A DNA stretch of 64,000 nt from an uncultured archaeon (GTDB lineage Archaea; Asgardarchaeota; Lokiarchaeia; Sigyniarchaeales; SOKP01): NCBI GenBank assembly GCA_964508365.1, contig CAZDTP010000006.1, positions 45,777 to 109,776 on the forward strand, written 5' to 3'. How positions within the stretch are numbered: position 1 is the first letter of the stretch; each line of letters opens with the position of its first letter. Made by a program: the position numbers and the translations under genes. The notes under the pieces were generated by a model. The model searched no databases. It was not told the origin of the DNA and was given only the letters and a program-made list of their open reading frames with translations. This document shows, one piece after another, positions 9,437 through 20,595 of the stretch.

Positions 9437-10573
9437 ATGATTCATAATTCATTCGATACTAAAAATTTATTATGTTATTTTCATTTATTTAACCTGATGA
9501 CCAAAAAATCTGATTATAAATCAGAACAGGAAAGAATACTCCAGATTAAATACAATTTAATTAAATTTAACCTATTTGAAGGAACGATTGCAGATCATAT
9601 AGAACACATTATCAAAATAATAATTAATATTGGAAAAATTCGGGGGAGGAGCACTCGATTATCAATTATCTTAGTAATTTTTTTCCTTCTTAGAAAATTA
9701 ACTCAAAAGGAACTACAAAAATTAACAGGATATTCACGATCTAGTATTTCAACATCCATGAATTATATGTGTAAATCTGGTGTAGTCAATAAAGTACCAA
9801 TTAAAGGAACTCATACATTTGAATATCGATTAAAGGGCAACGAATTTGAAATGCTCTTAGGAAATTATCTGGCAATTTTAGATTCTGTTATAACAGTAAA
9901 AAATGCATTAGAAATTAAAAAAATCATCAAGGCAAATAGAAATCAAAATAACAAATTAATAAATAATTTTATAGAAACTCTCGATAAATACCAGATATTG
10001 CTTGAAAACATATGTAACAATACAATATCAATGATAAGAAAACCTATAAATCTCATAAAAAATAAAGAAGATAATTGGATTATAAACAAACATACAGATA
10101 ATCCAAATGAAATTATTGCCGCCTTTTTTAATCTAACATTGTTTTATGACCAAAAAAAGAGCCTCTCGGAGATATTATGTCACTTTATAGAGCATAAAAA
10201 ATTAACCCAAAAGGAATTATGTAGTCTAACTAGCTATTCAGCGGGAACAATTTCTCAGGGCTTAAAATTTTTGGTCAATAATAGTTTAATCAAGGAGATA
10301 AATACAAGGAGAGGTGCACAAAAAGAATACTTTGTTATATCAATTTCAGATTACTTCATCCAAAGAAATATTATTATTACAAAAGCCATACTTGGACAGA
10401 AATTAATTTATGAAAAAATAAAGGAGGAATTGGATACAAACATTGGTGAATTAAGCTATTTGAAAGGATATAATGAATTATATATATATTTATTACAGAA
10501 TCTAACAGTTATGCCAATATTTGAAAAAGCATTAGAAGATTATATTAAAATAAAAAATGAAATGAATAAATAA
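9437..10573 (+). CDS. Transcription regulator with two tandem winged-HTH (MarR/GbsR-like) domains
   Basis: Internal repeat LTQKELQKLTGYSRSSIS / LTQKELCSLTSYSAGTIS; the start may be the later ATG (MTKKSDY). Confidence 0.78.
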   Translation: MIHNSFDTKNLLCYFHLFNLMTKKSDYKSEQERILQIKYNLIKFNLFEGTIADHIEHIIKIIINIGKIRGRSTRLSIILVIFFLLRKLTQKELQKLTGYSRSSISTSMNYMCKSGVVNKVPIKGTHTFEYRLKGNEFEMLLGNYLAILDSVITVKNALEIKKIIKANRNQNNKLINNFIETLDKYQILLENICNNTISMIRKPINLIKNKEDNWIINKHTDNPNEIIAAFFNLTLFYDQKKSLSEILCHFIEHKKLTQKELCSLTSYSAGTISQGLKFLVNNSLIKEINTRRGAQKEYFVISISDYFIQRNIIITKAILGQKLIYEKIKEELDTNIGELSYLKGYNELYIYLLQNLTVMPIFEKALEDYIKIKNEMNK

Positions 10574-10926
10574 ATGTTCTTTTCTAATCCTCATTTATTT
10601 TTAAAATGCTATTTTAGTTCAAGATTCTTTTGGGCATGTATAAATGGTGATGATTGGGATTAGCTATTCCAATGAGCTATTAAATTTAATTTATTATTAA
10701 GTATTGAAAATGAATAGATAACTTTTTCTCATACCTGCTTTTTCCTAAAAATATTTTGGGATATACTAATTAATACTTGATTATATCAACTTTTCCTCCA
10801 TCACTGAATTTTGTACCTACTCAAAGTTTGTTAGAAATTCAAGAATCTAGAATACCGTTTGAATATATTAGTTCTAAGAGAATTTTTTTTTACAAAAACA
10901 TCAAAGTTCTTGTGTTTAAGCGCCAA

Positions 10927-11748
10927 ATGAAACAAATATCGTTAATAAGCACTCCCGCAGAGTCATATTTTCATAGAGCAATCAAGCTATTTCTATATAA
11001 ATATATTTATGAAAATAATAAAACAATCGTAAAAAGATCACTTGAAAAATACTTTGGCAACCGTTATGCTGATGTATATTTTAAACTTGATACAGGCAAA
11101 GAAATCGTTGTTGAAGTTCAAAATTCTAAAATTTCTGTTAAAGAAATAATAGCGAGAACTAAGGACTATAATATAAAGGATATTTTCGTCCTATGGATGT
11201 TATACGGGGATGGAAAATGCGCTGCTTCTCCTAAGGGGGCTAAAGATGTAAAATCTATTAAAATAAGTCCAGCAGAAAATTATTTACATCGAATGTATGG
11301 AGGTCGTGTTTATTACGTAAACTTAGATATAAGAAGAAATAAAGCGTCGTTAAAAACTCCTTTCGCAATCCATTATTCTAAACCAATAAAGAAGAACCAA
11401 CGAGGTTTGTTTAAAAATCGTTACGACAGTTTTTACATTCGTAATTCAAATTTTATAACAATTCCTAATTGGAAAATTGTGTGTACAGAATTCTCGGGAT
11501 TTAAGATAGCTCGCTTTTACGATAAAAATATTAAATCCATCTTAAAGAATAAGATTTTGAGTTTTTATGAGATTGAGAAAAAACGAATCCCTAATGATAA
11601 GAAATTCATTCGAGAGATATTGAAAAAATTTAATAAGAAATATGGGATTTACATGATATATAATTCAATTCTTGAATTATCTTCTGAAAATAAGATTGAA
11701 TTTTCTCGAAAAATTATTACAAAGATTAAGAGTAAAATTAATTTTTAA
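10927..11748 (+). CDS. CoiA-like PD-(D/E)XK nuclease family protein
   Basis: ESYFHRAIK...EKYFGNRYADVYF...IVVEVQNSKIS pattern. Confidence 0.7.
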   Translation: MKQISLISTPAESYFHRAIKLFLYKYIYENNKTIVKRSLEKYFGNRYADVYFKLDTGKEIVVEVQNSKISVKEIIARTKDYNIKDIFVLWMLYGDGKCAASPKGAKDVKSIKISPAENYLHRMYGGRVYYVNLDIRRNKASLKTPFAIHYSKPIKKNQRGLFKNRYDSFYIRNSNFITIPNWKIVCTEFSGFKIARFYDKNIKSILKNKILSFYEIEKKRIPNDKKFIREILKKFNKKYGIYMIYNSILELSSENKIEFSRKIITKIKSKINF

Positions 11749-12263
11749 TACTTATTATTAATTTTAATTACAGATATAATAGTCGTTAAAAATCAATTAG
11801 ATTTTTATGAAAAATCTCATAAATACGACTAAATAACTTGCAGTAATTATAATTTAGATTTTCCTTTTTGTCATGTGAAAAGATAGATATCTTTAAATAG
11901 TTGAAAATTCAATATAACCTTAGAAAAAAAAAATTGGAAGCCATGATTACATATATATTCTTATACCTAAGAGTCTTAGGACTCAATACCTCAACCCTTA
12001 ACCCTGTTATTAGATAAATACGTCTCCTCTTTTTATATTTTTGAACATCTTGGTTTCCGATTTTACTTCTTTTTACATATTTTCGATTTTTGAACTTAGA
12101 AATCGTCTTTTTTTTTAGAAGATGCATACCTTTGGTCGTAGTTTAATTAGGCAAAATGTTGAATAGTTAAAACCAAATCAAGAATTGAAAAGTCTGAAAA
12201 AATTTATAAAAAACAAGTCTATTAATTAATAAGAAGAAATTATTAATTGAGTTGAGGTTGGAA

Positions 12264-12710
12264 ATGGTTAAAACAATAAAATTAAGAAATGGTTCAGAGA
12301 TAGAATTTGACGAAAAGGCACCCCAAACTCTTTTTGAAATAATAATTAGCGAGATTTTAATACCTAAATATAAAGAGAATAAGGATTGGAACTTAACCAT
12401 AAATATTATACTTGAAGAGATAAATCAAATCATATCCAAATACGAGTTAGAACCGACGTTAAAAATAGGGCTTTTAAACCAGGTAGAAAAGCACTTGGAT
12501 AAAGACATTGAGGAATTAACCGGTTGCGATAAAATTGAGATATTATTTTTGAATATGGATGATATTGTTGAAGATCTTAAGAAACTAATTGTCGCTGGTA
12601 AAGATAAACAAGATTTACGTAATGACATGGCACATCTAATCTTCCCACTCACAGTTTTTGAACTTGGAGAGCTATTTATTTATTTAGGAAAGAGAGCGTT
12701 TCTCAAGTAG
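12264..12710 (+). CDS. Hypothetical helical protein
   Basis: 148-aa ORF from ATG 12264; no motif recognised. Confidence 0.65.
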   Translation: MVKTIKLRNGSEIEFDEKAPQTLFEIIISEILIPKYKENKDWNLTINIILEEINQIISKYELEPTLKIGLLNQVEKHLDKDIEELTGCDKIEILFLNMDDIVEDLKKLIVAGKDKQDLRNDMAHLIFPLTVFELGELFIYLGKRAFLK

Positions 12711-12770
12711 GTTAAATTAACTTACATTCAATTAAATTAACTTGTAGAGTCTGTATATAAAAATTCTTAT

Positions 12771-13748
12771 CTACTTTTTTACTAGAGTTGTTATTGGTCG
12801 CGATTGCAAAGTGTATAATGTGTTGTTTTCTATTGCCCATTCAATATCTTGAGGATAGTTAAAAAGCGCTTCCAACTTCAAACCTAAATTATGAATTTGC
12901 AAAAGTTGAGATGAATTTAAAGAGCACATTTCTCTAAATTTTCTTTCAGTGTCAATAAGTATAGTAGAATCGCCTTTTGGATTAGCAACAGAAGTTTTTT
13001 CTTTTTTTCCAATTATCATTTTTATTATATCAAAATTGTCTTTCTTAACTACTATCAAATCGGGAATAATTGTATTGTTCGTGATTGTTTCACCAAGACC
13101 CCAAGTAGAATTAATCATCATTTGGTCAATATTGTTGTTGATTACATTTGCTGTAAATAATACTCCTGAAACTTGAGGTTTTAACATTCTTTGAACGATG
13201 ATAGCCATTTCTAAATTCAAAGGAGTAATATTGAATCCTCTTTTGTTTAATTGTATAAGATATAAGAGAATTTGAGGTGAAAAAAGAGAAGCCCAACACA
13301 TTTTAATCGATAAAATAATTTCTGTGATACTTTTGATGTTAAGAAACGATTGAGCTTGCCCAGCGAACGAAAAATTATTTGAGTCCTCATAATTAGCAGA
13401 AGATCTAACTGCATAAGAGTAATGCTCATCAATATCTGAAAATTCTTTGATGTGCTTTTGTTGTATCTCTGAAATTATGTTTGATGGCATTTTAGAAGTT
13501 AAGAATAAATCCTTAATCTTTGTTGAAATTTCAATTACTTCTTTTGGGTTGTACTCTTTCGCAAAAATTTCTTCAATGATAGGCTTAATGCGAGATTCTT
13601 TGATGAACGATGTAAAAGCTTTAGTACTTATAGCATACCCCAGAGGGACATTTATTTCATTTTTAATTAAGGTAAAAATGTTGGAAGCTTTCCCTCCAAA
13701 AAGACGTGTATCTTCTTTACCTTCTTTTAAACTTGTTATATATTCCAT
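12771..13748 (-). CDS. Stand-alone PEP synthase/PPDK-type ATP-grasp (nucleotide-binding) domain
   Basis: FGGKASN, AVRSSA.YED...SFAGQ, VQRM...SGVLFT, WGLGE, DIEWA...LQSRPIT. Confidence 0.92.
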   Translation of the reverse strand: MEYITSLKEGKEDTRLFGGKASNIFTLIKNEINVPLGYAISTKAFTSFIKESRIKPIIEEIFAKEYNPKEVIEISTKIKDLFLTSKMPSNIISEIQQKHIKEFSDIDEHYSYAVRSSANYEDSNNFSFAGQAQSFLNIKSITEIILSIKMCWASLFSPQILLYLIQLNKRGFNITPLNLEMAIIVQRMLKPQVSGVLFTANVINNNIDQMMINSTWGLGETITNNTIIPDLIVVKKDNFDIIKMIIGKKEKTSVANPKGDSTILIDTERKFREMCSLNSSQLLQIHNLGLKLEALFNYPQDIEWAIENNTLYTLQSRPITTLVKK

Positions 13749-13787
13749 AATATGATTGTGAAAACTATCTTACTACTAACCATGAAT

Positions 13788-14159
13788 TTAATCATAAACA
13801 TAAAGAAACCCTTTATCTTCTCCATCGTGTGTAATTTTTACTTTTTTATCGATCAGTAATGGTATCTCGTTAGGAGAAATTTTAATTCCCATGATGCAAG
13901 GGATTCCAAACTCTCTCGAGATAATAGCTAAGTGGGAACCAGCCCCACCTGTAGAACAAATAGTACCGGTTAGATCTGATAAAATGGGCCCTAATGTTGT
14001 TATCCCGGCATCGTGTACTAAACATATTTTACCTTTTGCTTTATCAAACAAATCGATCACGTGTTCAATCTTAGTAACATAGACTAAAGTTCCTGAAACC
14101 TCTAATTTAGATGAACATGACAAGCCTTCACCTACTTTCCTCATGATTATAATCCCCAC
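13788..14159 (-). CDS. Stand-alone PEP-utilising swivelling phosphohistidine domain
   Basis: GGAGSHLAIISREFGIPC matches the phospho-His signature. Confidence 0.9.
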   Translation of the reverse strand: MGIIIMRKVGEGLSCSSKLEVSGTLVYVTKIEHVIDLFDKAKGKICLVHDAGITTLGPILSDLTGTICSTGGAGSHLAIISREFGIPCIMGIKISPNEIPLLIDKKVKITHDGEDKGFLYVYD

Positions 14160-14306
14160 GGAGTAAAATCTTTCTCAATGTTTAATATATCAAAATCTTA
14201 AGTATTGTAATTAAATGTATTTAAAAAACTTAAAACTATTTCATAGATTTAAATAGAATTAAGTTTAAAATTAAATATAAAAGGAAAGATTTTAAGGGAT
14301 TAACTT

Positions 14307-15464
14307 ATGGACATTAAAGAAGCAAATGAATTAATAGCTCATGCTTCCGAGCTAGTTGATTACCAAGTATCAAAAAGAGGTCTTTTAGAGACACAACTTT
14401 TCCCAGTAACTGCTTATATTTGCGTATCGTTTTATAATGCTTACGATATGTTATATGAAATTTTGAAAAAAATTTCGGAAAAAACAACTCCTGAAATTAT
14501 GGGAAGGGAAAGTCGAAAAATCTTGTCAGAAATTCATGCTCTAAGTATATTTTATATTCCGTTATACTACATGATTGGGAGAATGGGAGAAATTCAAAGG
14601 AAGGGTGGTGATCCTAGAAGTGAAAGCCCAGAAAAAAGAAAACAAACATTATTTGTATTAGATTTTTGGAAAAAGTTGGCCACCTCTTATTTCAAGGATG
14701 AAAAACTATCTGTTTATGACTCTAACAAAAAAAACATGGTTTTAGATCATTCTACCGTTAAAAAAACTTTAAAAAATGTCATAGATCTTTCTAAAGATGA
14801 AGTTATTAAACTAAAAAGAACCGTAGCAAATCTTGAGGTTGTTTCTTTTCTTGACGAATGTGAAGCAAGAGCAAAGATATGTGATCATGGACCCTACAAA
14901 ATTAACGATAACGAAAGTTTAGTTTTTAGAGAGATTTCACATCTTTACGATGGTGGTAGCCCACACTTCCCTTGGTCAGAAACAAATGCCAAAGCTCCTT
15001 TTAATAATATTGCTTTTGCTTTTCGATTGAAGGATGTACAAAATAATTTCGATGATTTCGCTACTCTTGAAACTATTCCTCAAGATTTTACGGATAACAT
15101 CACAGGTGTTGCCCTCTTAACTCGTAGCGAACAAAAAATTAAAACTCTTGATTGGAACATCTTAGATTCATTTAAAGACTATTCGGAAAGAGCGAATAAA
15201 GAGTTATTTTTGAAGTTTTCGAAATGGGATAGAAAACAAAGGTTAATTGCTGGTGCGTACGCTTACTGTTATGGATATGCTAGATACACCAATTTTGTTG
15301 GAATCACGAATGATATAAATTGGGATCTTACGGAGAAAACGATGAATACTTACGTACCAATGTTTATGGAGAGCGATTTTGACCCAGGTATCCCGAGGCT
15401 TTTTCGGAGTAAATCTAAAAAGAGAAAAGAAGGCCCATCGTTATACTTACTCCCCGAGGAATGA
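14307..15464 (+). CDS. Hypothetical protein, candidate substrate-binding subunit of the split dikinase
   Basis: 385-aa ORF divergent from the dikinase domains; stop overlaps the next start (ATGA). Confidence 0.6.
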   Translation: MDIKEANELIAHASELVDYQVSKRGLLETQLFPVTAYICVSFYNAYDMLYEILKKISEKTTPEIMGRESRKILSEIHALSIFYIPLYYMIGRMGEIQRKGGDPRSESPEKRKQTLFVLDFWKKLATSYFKDEKLSVYDSNKKNMVLDHSTVKKTLKNVIDLSKDEVIKLKRTVANLEVVSFLDECEARAKICDHGPYKINDNESLVFREISHLYDGGSPHFPWSETNAKAPFNNIAFAFRLKDVQNNFDDFATLETIPQDFTDNITGVALLTRSEQKIKTLDWNILDSFKDYSERANKELFLKFSKWDRKQRLIAGAYAYCYGYARYTNFVGITNDINWDLTEKTMNTYVPMFMESDFDPGIPRLFRSKSKKRKEGPSLYLLPEE

Positions 15465-16390
15465 AAGTTATGGATAAAAGTTGCTTACCTCTTGGTTTAG
15501 ATAGTCGCGATGAACTACTACATCAACCTACTGACGAATTAAAATGGCGCGAATCTTACTATTTTAATTGGGCAGATTTGGAAAATAGAATTTCAGGTTT
15601 TTCAACAATAGGGATTGTTCCTAACGAAAATAGACGAGAGATTGTATTTTTATTATTTTTAGAGGATCGAAATGAAGTATATTATAAGGAACTTCCATTA
15701 CATGAATACGAGACAGATGCAAATGTGATGTTAAAATATAAAAATCTCTCATACAAACTTATTGAACCATTTAAAAAGTGGGAGATAAGTTATAAATCAA
15801 GAAAAATAGAGTTTGATATTACCTTTGAAACTAGATTTCCAACTTTCAATTTTGGTAAAGATTCATCTAAATCTTGGCACCAGCATTTTGAATCGTCAGG
15901 AGTAATTTCGGGTAAATTGATTAAGAAAGACGGAGAAGTCATCAACATTAACGGGTATGGTCAACGCGACAAAAGTTGGGGCTTTCGAGACTGGCACCAG
16001 TTTGATAAATGGTACGCTGGTCATTTTCAATTTAAATTTTGGTCATGTGCATTTCGAAAAGATTTTAGTAGTGATCAAATTGATTTATCGGGTCATACAT
16101 CGACTGAAAAAGGAAATATTCCTATATCTAATCTAGAGATTAAAACTCAAATAGATTCTGACCTGTTTAATAGTCCACTTATTACATACTATGAATTTAC
16201 GGATGCAAATGATAAAACATATAAAATTAAAGCTGAGCGATTTGCTAGAAATTCTTTTATTCGGTTTGTTAGAAGTTTTGACGGGGGAAATACAGAATTA
16301 TTTGAACAAATGGCAATTTTAAAAGATTTGAAAAGCGGAGAAACTGGAGTTGGTATGATGGAACATTTAAGGACCCATAAGTTAGAATAA
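15461..16390 (+). CDS. Tocopherol cyclase/CrtC/AttH-like double beta-barrel protein
   Basis: WRESYYFNW and GYGQRDKSWGFRDW motifs. Confidence 0.65.
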   Translation: MKVMDKSCLPLGLDSRDELLHQPTDELKWRESYYFNWADLENRISGFSTIGIVPNENRREIVFLLFLEDRNEVYYKELPLHEYETDANVMLKYKNLSYKLIEPFKKWEISYKSRKIEFDITFETRFPTFNFGKDSSKSWHQHFESSGVISGKLIKKDGEVININGYGQRDKSWGFRDWHQFDKWYAGHFQFKFWSCAFRKDFSSDQIDLSGHTSTEKGNIPISNLEIKTQIDSDLFNSPLITYYEFTDANDKTYKIKAERFARNSFIRFVRSFDGGNTELFEQMAILKDLKSGETGVGMMEHLRTHKLE

Positions 16391-16520
16391 AGAAATAATT
16401 TCTTATTTTCGGCTTCCATTTGTGTTAAAAAATATGAAAGAAATAGTTTTATTAAGTAAAAAGTCTAATTTGTATTATTAAAATTAATATTAAAATTTTG
16501 AAGCAAAAAGGGATTAATTC

Positions 16521-17390
16521 ATGTGTCAGTGGTGTATGTCTCACGGTGCGGGTAAAAAATGGTATATGAACGCTAAAAATTACTCCGATGAGCTTGCTGA
16601 AGAAAGTAATATGAAAGATTACTTGACGGAGCAATGGATGAATTTTGAGCAAGTTTATATTAGAAAAATTATGGGGTTTTCTTCTAAAGATTTAGGATAT
16701 AAGTTGAAAATGCCAGTAATTGGAAAAATCCTTCGTTGGAGGGCTGAAAACATGATCCACAGCCAAAAAAAAAGGAGAAATCCCGTAAGAGCTGATGGGC
16801 ATTTCGGTCAAGTTATACCCTTAGAGGATGCTCAAATTATCATGTCAGAACTTGCGGCTGAACCTATAATATGTAATTATTGTATGTGTCGTTGGATGCA
16901 AAGAAAGAAAAAAGAAGCTGTCTGCATAAACTTTGGTGTTTTGTCAGAGGTCCTCGAAAAATTACCCCGTTTTATACCAAAAGATCGAGTAGTAAGGATT
17001 GACCGAGAGACAGCAGTTGAAAAATTGGAAGAATTTAATAAAAAAGGTTACATTTCAAGCGTTTGGTTTCAACCAATACCATACATAAATGCAGTCTGTT
17101 CGTGTGAGAGCCCTGAGTGTGGAGCGTTTACATTACGTAACAATTTTGATATCAACGTGATGTATAAAGCGGAATATATTATCCAATTAGATCAAGATAA
17201 ATGCCAAGGATGTAAATCATGTGTTGCTATGTGTCAATTAAGTGCGATTCGGTTTATTCCTTCAATGGATAGAGTTATAATCGATTATAATAAATGCTTT
17301 GGATGCGGCGTTTGTCGTCACGCTTGTAAACACGACGCCTTAAAATTAATTCCCCGAGAGGATTATCCGGGATTTGATGGAACGTACTAG
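16521..17390 (+). CDS. 4Fe-4S dicluster domain protein
   Basis: C-terminal CQGCKSCVAMC and CFGCGVCRHAC; extra Cys motifs CQWC, CMC, CSC. Confidence 0.88.
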   Translation: MCQWCMSHGAGKKWYMNAKNYSDELAEESNMKDYLTEQWMNFEQVYIRKIMGFSSKDLGYKLKMPVIGKILRWRAENMIHSQKKRRNPVRADGHFGQVIPLEDAQIIMSELAAEPIICNYCMCRWMQRKKKEAVCINFGVLSEVLEKLPRFIPKDRVVRIDRETAVEKLEEFNKKGYISSVWFQPIPYINAVCSCESPECGAFTLRNNFDINVMYKAEYIIQLDQDKCQGCKSCVAMCQLSAIRFIPSMDRVIIDYNKCFGCGVCRHACKHDALKLIPREDYPGFDGTY

Positions 17391-17398
17391 GTGATTAT

Positions 17399-17677
17399 AT
17401 GAGTAAAGCAAATAAAAAGAAAAGAACTAAGATCAGAATAGATTATTCTATTTGTGGAGAAAAAGGAAAAATTGATCCCAGAAACTGCGGTTTGTGTATG
17501 AAAGCGTGTGATCCAGCGGTATTTATTATGCATGAAACGTTAGGCACCGAGAAGAAGCAAAAAGACATGTACGATCCTCAAGATTGGAGAATCACGCCTA
17601 TATGGGGCTCACTCTGTAGTCGTTGTTATAAATGTGTCGAAGTTTGCCCCGAAAATGCAATTACAATTACATGGTAA
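17399..17677 (+). CDS. Ferredoxin
   Basis: CGLCMKAC and CSRCYKCVEVCP. Confidence 0.85.
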   Translation: MSKANKKKRTKIRIDYSICGEKGKIDPRNCGLCMKACDPAVFIMHETLGTEKKQKDMYDPQDWRITPIWGSLCSRCYKCVEVCPENAITITW

Positions 17678-17721
17678 ATCGTTAAGTTCAAAAATCTTTA
17701 ACTTTTTATTATTTTTAGAGT

Positions 17722-19734
17722 ATGAAAAGAAAGTTTAATCCTAAAGATATAAAGATCGGTTTGAAATTACCAACTATTCTAACCCCTTTAAGTTCTATAT
17801 TTATCCGTATGGCATTTCTTGTAGATTATGTTTATTCTCCCCTTTTCAAAATTTTTGAACTAATTGGGCGATCGAAAAGACTCAAAAATATCAATTTTCT
17901 ACCAGAAACTAGTTCGATTAGACTCAAGGAAGTCTTGATAGAGCTCGAAGATGGGGGAAAATTAGCGACAGATATTTACTTACCTAAAGAACTTTACAAA
18001 AAAAAGGGAACGGGGCCGACTATTCTAGTAAGACTACCTTATTGGAAAGATCGTCTTAGTATTTTAGGATACTTTATAGCTTCTAAAGGATATGTCGTTG
18101 TGATTCAAGATATTCGGGGTTGTGGTCGATCAAGGGAGTATGGTACTAATTCACTATATATGTACGAACGACAAGATGGAATCGAAACTTTACGTTGGAT
18201 TACTCGTCGATTTTGGTATAACAAAAAAATAGGAATGTGGGGGTTATCATATTTAGGTATAACTCAACTAGCCGTATCTTGGAATAATGACAATTTACTG
18301 GCTTGTTTAAATCCTATCCATAGCTCTTATTCCAATGTGTTTTGGCATCCTGGTGGGTTGTATCCTGTTGGTTTATCGGGAGCTTTATACTTAATAATGA
18401 ATTCTACCGCAAAAATGAAGAAATTAACAACTATGGATTTTAACCAATGGGATAGGAATGGATACTACAAAAAACTCTTTTTCGATCCTTCGAATAGTTT
18501 TTATAACGAACCATTAGACTCCAAAAAGCCAAGGTTGTCAGATATGGCATCCGTCGAGAATCCCAAATACTCGATGAAAATGATGAATAGTGTGTATAAA
18601 ACAGATGTCGATGTTTCAAAGATGGATGATGGATCGTTTATAAAACTAATAAAGGAGTTATTTTACAAAAGAAATATATTTCATAACTATGACCTATCTC
18701 CATACGCATTTGGACTCAACTATGAATTTAACACACCCATGTTATTTATAGGGGGGTGGTATGACATGTTCATAGAGCATATGATGCGAGATGTTATGTT
18801 AATACAAAAAAACGCACCAGATTTTTTCAGAGAGAAGTTTAAAATGATCGTTGGACCGTGGAGTCATATGAATATGGATAAGCTTTTATTAAAGCCATTG
18901 AAATATTCACATTTAAAAGATGATTTTAGATTCTTCCAAAAAATCCTCCCCTTCTGGTGGTACGATTGTTATTTAAAAGGGGAACAATCGCTTTTATCTG
19001 AAATTCCTCCATTACAGATTTATATCTTAAACAAGGATATTTGGAGAGCTTTTTATAAATGGCCTCCAACTTCGACTGATTTAAAGTTATATCTTCATTC
19101 AAATGGGAAGAGTAACAGCCTAAACGGAGATGGACTTCTTTCTAAAAACAAACCTAAAGAAGAACCGCCAGATCAATACCAATTTGACCCTTCTAATCCC
19201 GTGATTACTAAAGGTGGGAGAAATTTGTTCTTATTAAGTGGTCCTCAAGATCAAACCGATAATGAAAGATGTGACGACATTCTAATTTTTACTACTCGTG
19301 CCCTTGAAAAAGGTTTGGAGATAATCGGAGAGGTAAAAATAATATTTTATGCATCAACTACCGCAGAAGATACGGATTTCATGGTTAAACTAACCGATGT
19401 TTACCCAAACAATAAAAAATCAATAAATCTAATTGATTCAGGGATTAGAACGCGTTATCGTAGCGGTAACTTAGATGAACCTGAATTAGTTGCCCCTAAT
19501 AAGATTTACAAATTCGAAATAGTAATCGGATCCATTGCTATTTATTTTCCAAAGAATCATAAAATACGGTTAGAGATTACTTCAAGTAATTTTCCAAGAT
19601 TTGACGTTAATTCTAACCTTGCTGGGAAAAAAAATAAAAAGAAATACCAAATCGCCACCCAAACAATATATCACGATAAAGATCACCCATCACATATAAT
19701 TATCCCTGTTTTTAATGGAAAAGAAAATAAATAA
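17722..19734 (+). CDS. CocE/NonD (Xaa-Pro dipeptidyl-peptidase-like) serine hydrolase
   Basis: QDIRGCGRS, GMWGLSYLG nucleophile, GGWYD, GPWSH, C-terminal jelly-roll RLEITSSNFPRF. Confidence 0.9.
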   Translation: MKRKFNPKDIKIGLKLPTILTPLSSIFIRMAFLVDYVYSPLFKIFELIGRSKRLKNINFLPETSSIRLKEVLIELEDGGKLATDIYLPKELYKKKGTGPTILVRLPYWKDRLSILGYFIASKGYVVVIQDIRGCGRSREYGTNSLYMYERQDGIETLRWITRRFWYNKKIGMWGLSYLGITQLAVSWNNDNLLACLNPIHSSYSNVFWHPGGLYPVGLSGALYLIMNSTAKMKKLTTMDFNQWDRNGYYKKLFFDPSNSFYNEPLDSKKPRLSDMASVENPKYSMKMMNSVYKTDVDVSKMDDGSFIKLIKELFYKRNIFHNYDLSPYAFGLNYEFNTPMLFIGGWYDMFIEHMMRDVMLIQKNAPDFFREKFKMIVGPWSHMNMDKLLLKPLKYSHLKDDFRFFQKILPFWWYDCYLKGEQSLLSEIPPLQIYILNKDIWRAFYKWPPTSTDLKLYLHSNGKSNSLNGDGLLSKNKPKEEPPDQYQFDPSNPVITKGGRNLFLLSGPQDQTDNERCDDILIFTTRALEKGLEIIGEVKIIFYASTTAEDTDFMVKLTDVYPNNKKSINLIDSGIRTRYRSGNLDEPELVAPNKIYKFEIVIGSIAIYFPKNHKIRLEITSSNFPRFDVNSNLAGKKNKKKYQIATQTIYHDKDHPSHIIIPVFNGKENK

Positions 19735-19791
19735 GATAATTACATAAGAAATCGAGGGAGTAAGATTATTAGATTATTCCAGCTGAAATTG

Positions 19792-20595
19792 TTATTTCGT
19801 CATATTTTTCAGTGGTTTTGCTGATGTATATAAATAGCTAAAATAAAAGTTGCTTGCGGGTCCAAATGCTATATGATCGGTAGCTACCCCGAAATAGCTT
19901 AATGCCTTGAAAAAGCCTTGCGTCAGTATAATAAAAGCGTCTTCCCCTTCGTCCATTACTACGCTTGCTCCAAACACTTGATTACGAGAACGAATTTCAG
20001 AGATTTCACGATATTTTTCGATTACTTCTCTAAATTCTTTGTCTTTCAATGCGTCTTCTTCAATAAGCATTTTTATATCAGTAACTCCTCTAGCTCTTGC
20101 TTTTTTAACATCATCATAAAATACATCTAAAAACTCATAATAGGGAGCAACGAAGTATAGAGAATTTTTAGCGCGATTGATGAGATCAATACTGCGACTG
20201 ATACATACATCCCGTCCTCGGTGAACATATAAAGCAATTTTTATAGGAGTGTCATGAGATTCGTAAATAGGTTTGAGCATGTGGATGATTTTGTTTGAGT
20301 GTTCATCAAAATTATCGTTAAGTTGTTTCTTTGCGATAATTAGCACTTCATCAGGACTTTTTGCAAAATAAGTTGACGGACGAGTGTTTTCTTCTCTTAG
20401 AATGAACATTTTTTCCTTTTCTAATTGAGTTAAAATATTGTAAATTCTAGAATATGGAACACCTGAGGCATCAGAAAGCTCCCTTGCATCCATAGGTCCT
20501 TTTGAGATTAGAGTTAAATATATTGAAATCTCATAATCTGTTAATCCAATCGCATGCAAAGAATTTTTAACATTATCGGGAGTTTCATTTGACAT
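19792..20595 (-). CDS. TrmB family transcriptional regulator
   Basis: GLTDYEISIYLTL...ELSDASGVPYSRIYNIL HTH plus effector domain. Confidence 0.9.
   Translation of the reverse strand: MSNETPDNVKNSLHAIGLTDYEISIYLTLISKGPMDARELSDASGVPYSRIYNILTQLEKEKMFILREENTRPSTYFAKSPDEVLIIAKKQLNDNFDEHSNKIIHMLKPIYESHDTPIKIALYVHRGRDVCISRSIDLINRAKNSLYFVAPYYEFLDVFYDDVKKARARGVTDIKMLIEEDALKDKEFREVIEKYREISEIRSRNQVFGASVVMDEGEDAFIILTQGFFKALSYFGVATDHIAFGPASNFYFSYLYTSAKPLKNMTK

Noticed and set aside
10640-10680. GTGATGA box C-like sequence
   Set aside because: No CTGA box D at a suitable distance
11909-12127. 72-aa basic minus-strand ORF
   Set aside because: No recognisable motif; it could be a fragment but cannot be supported
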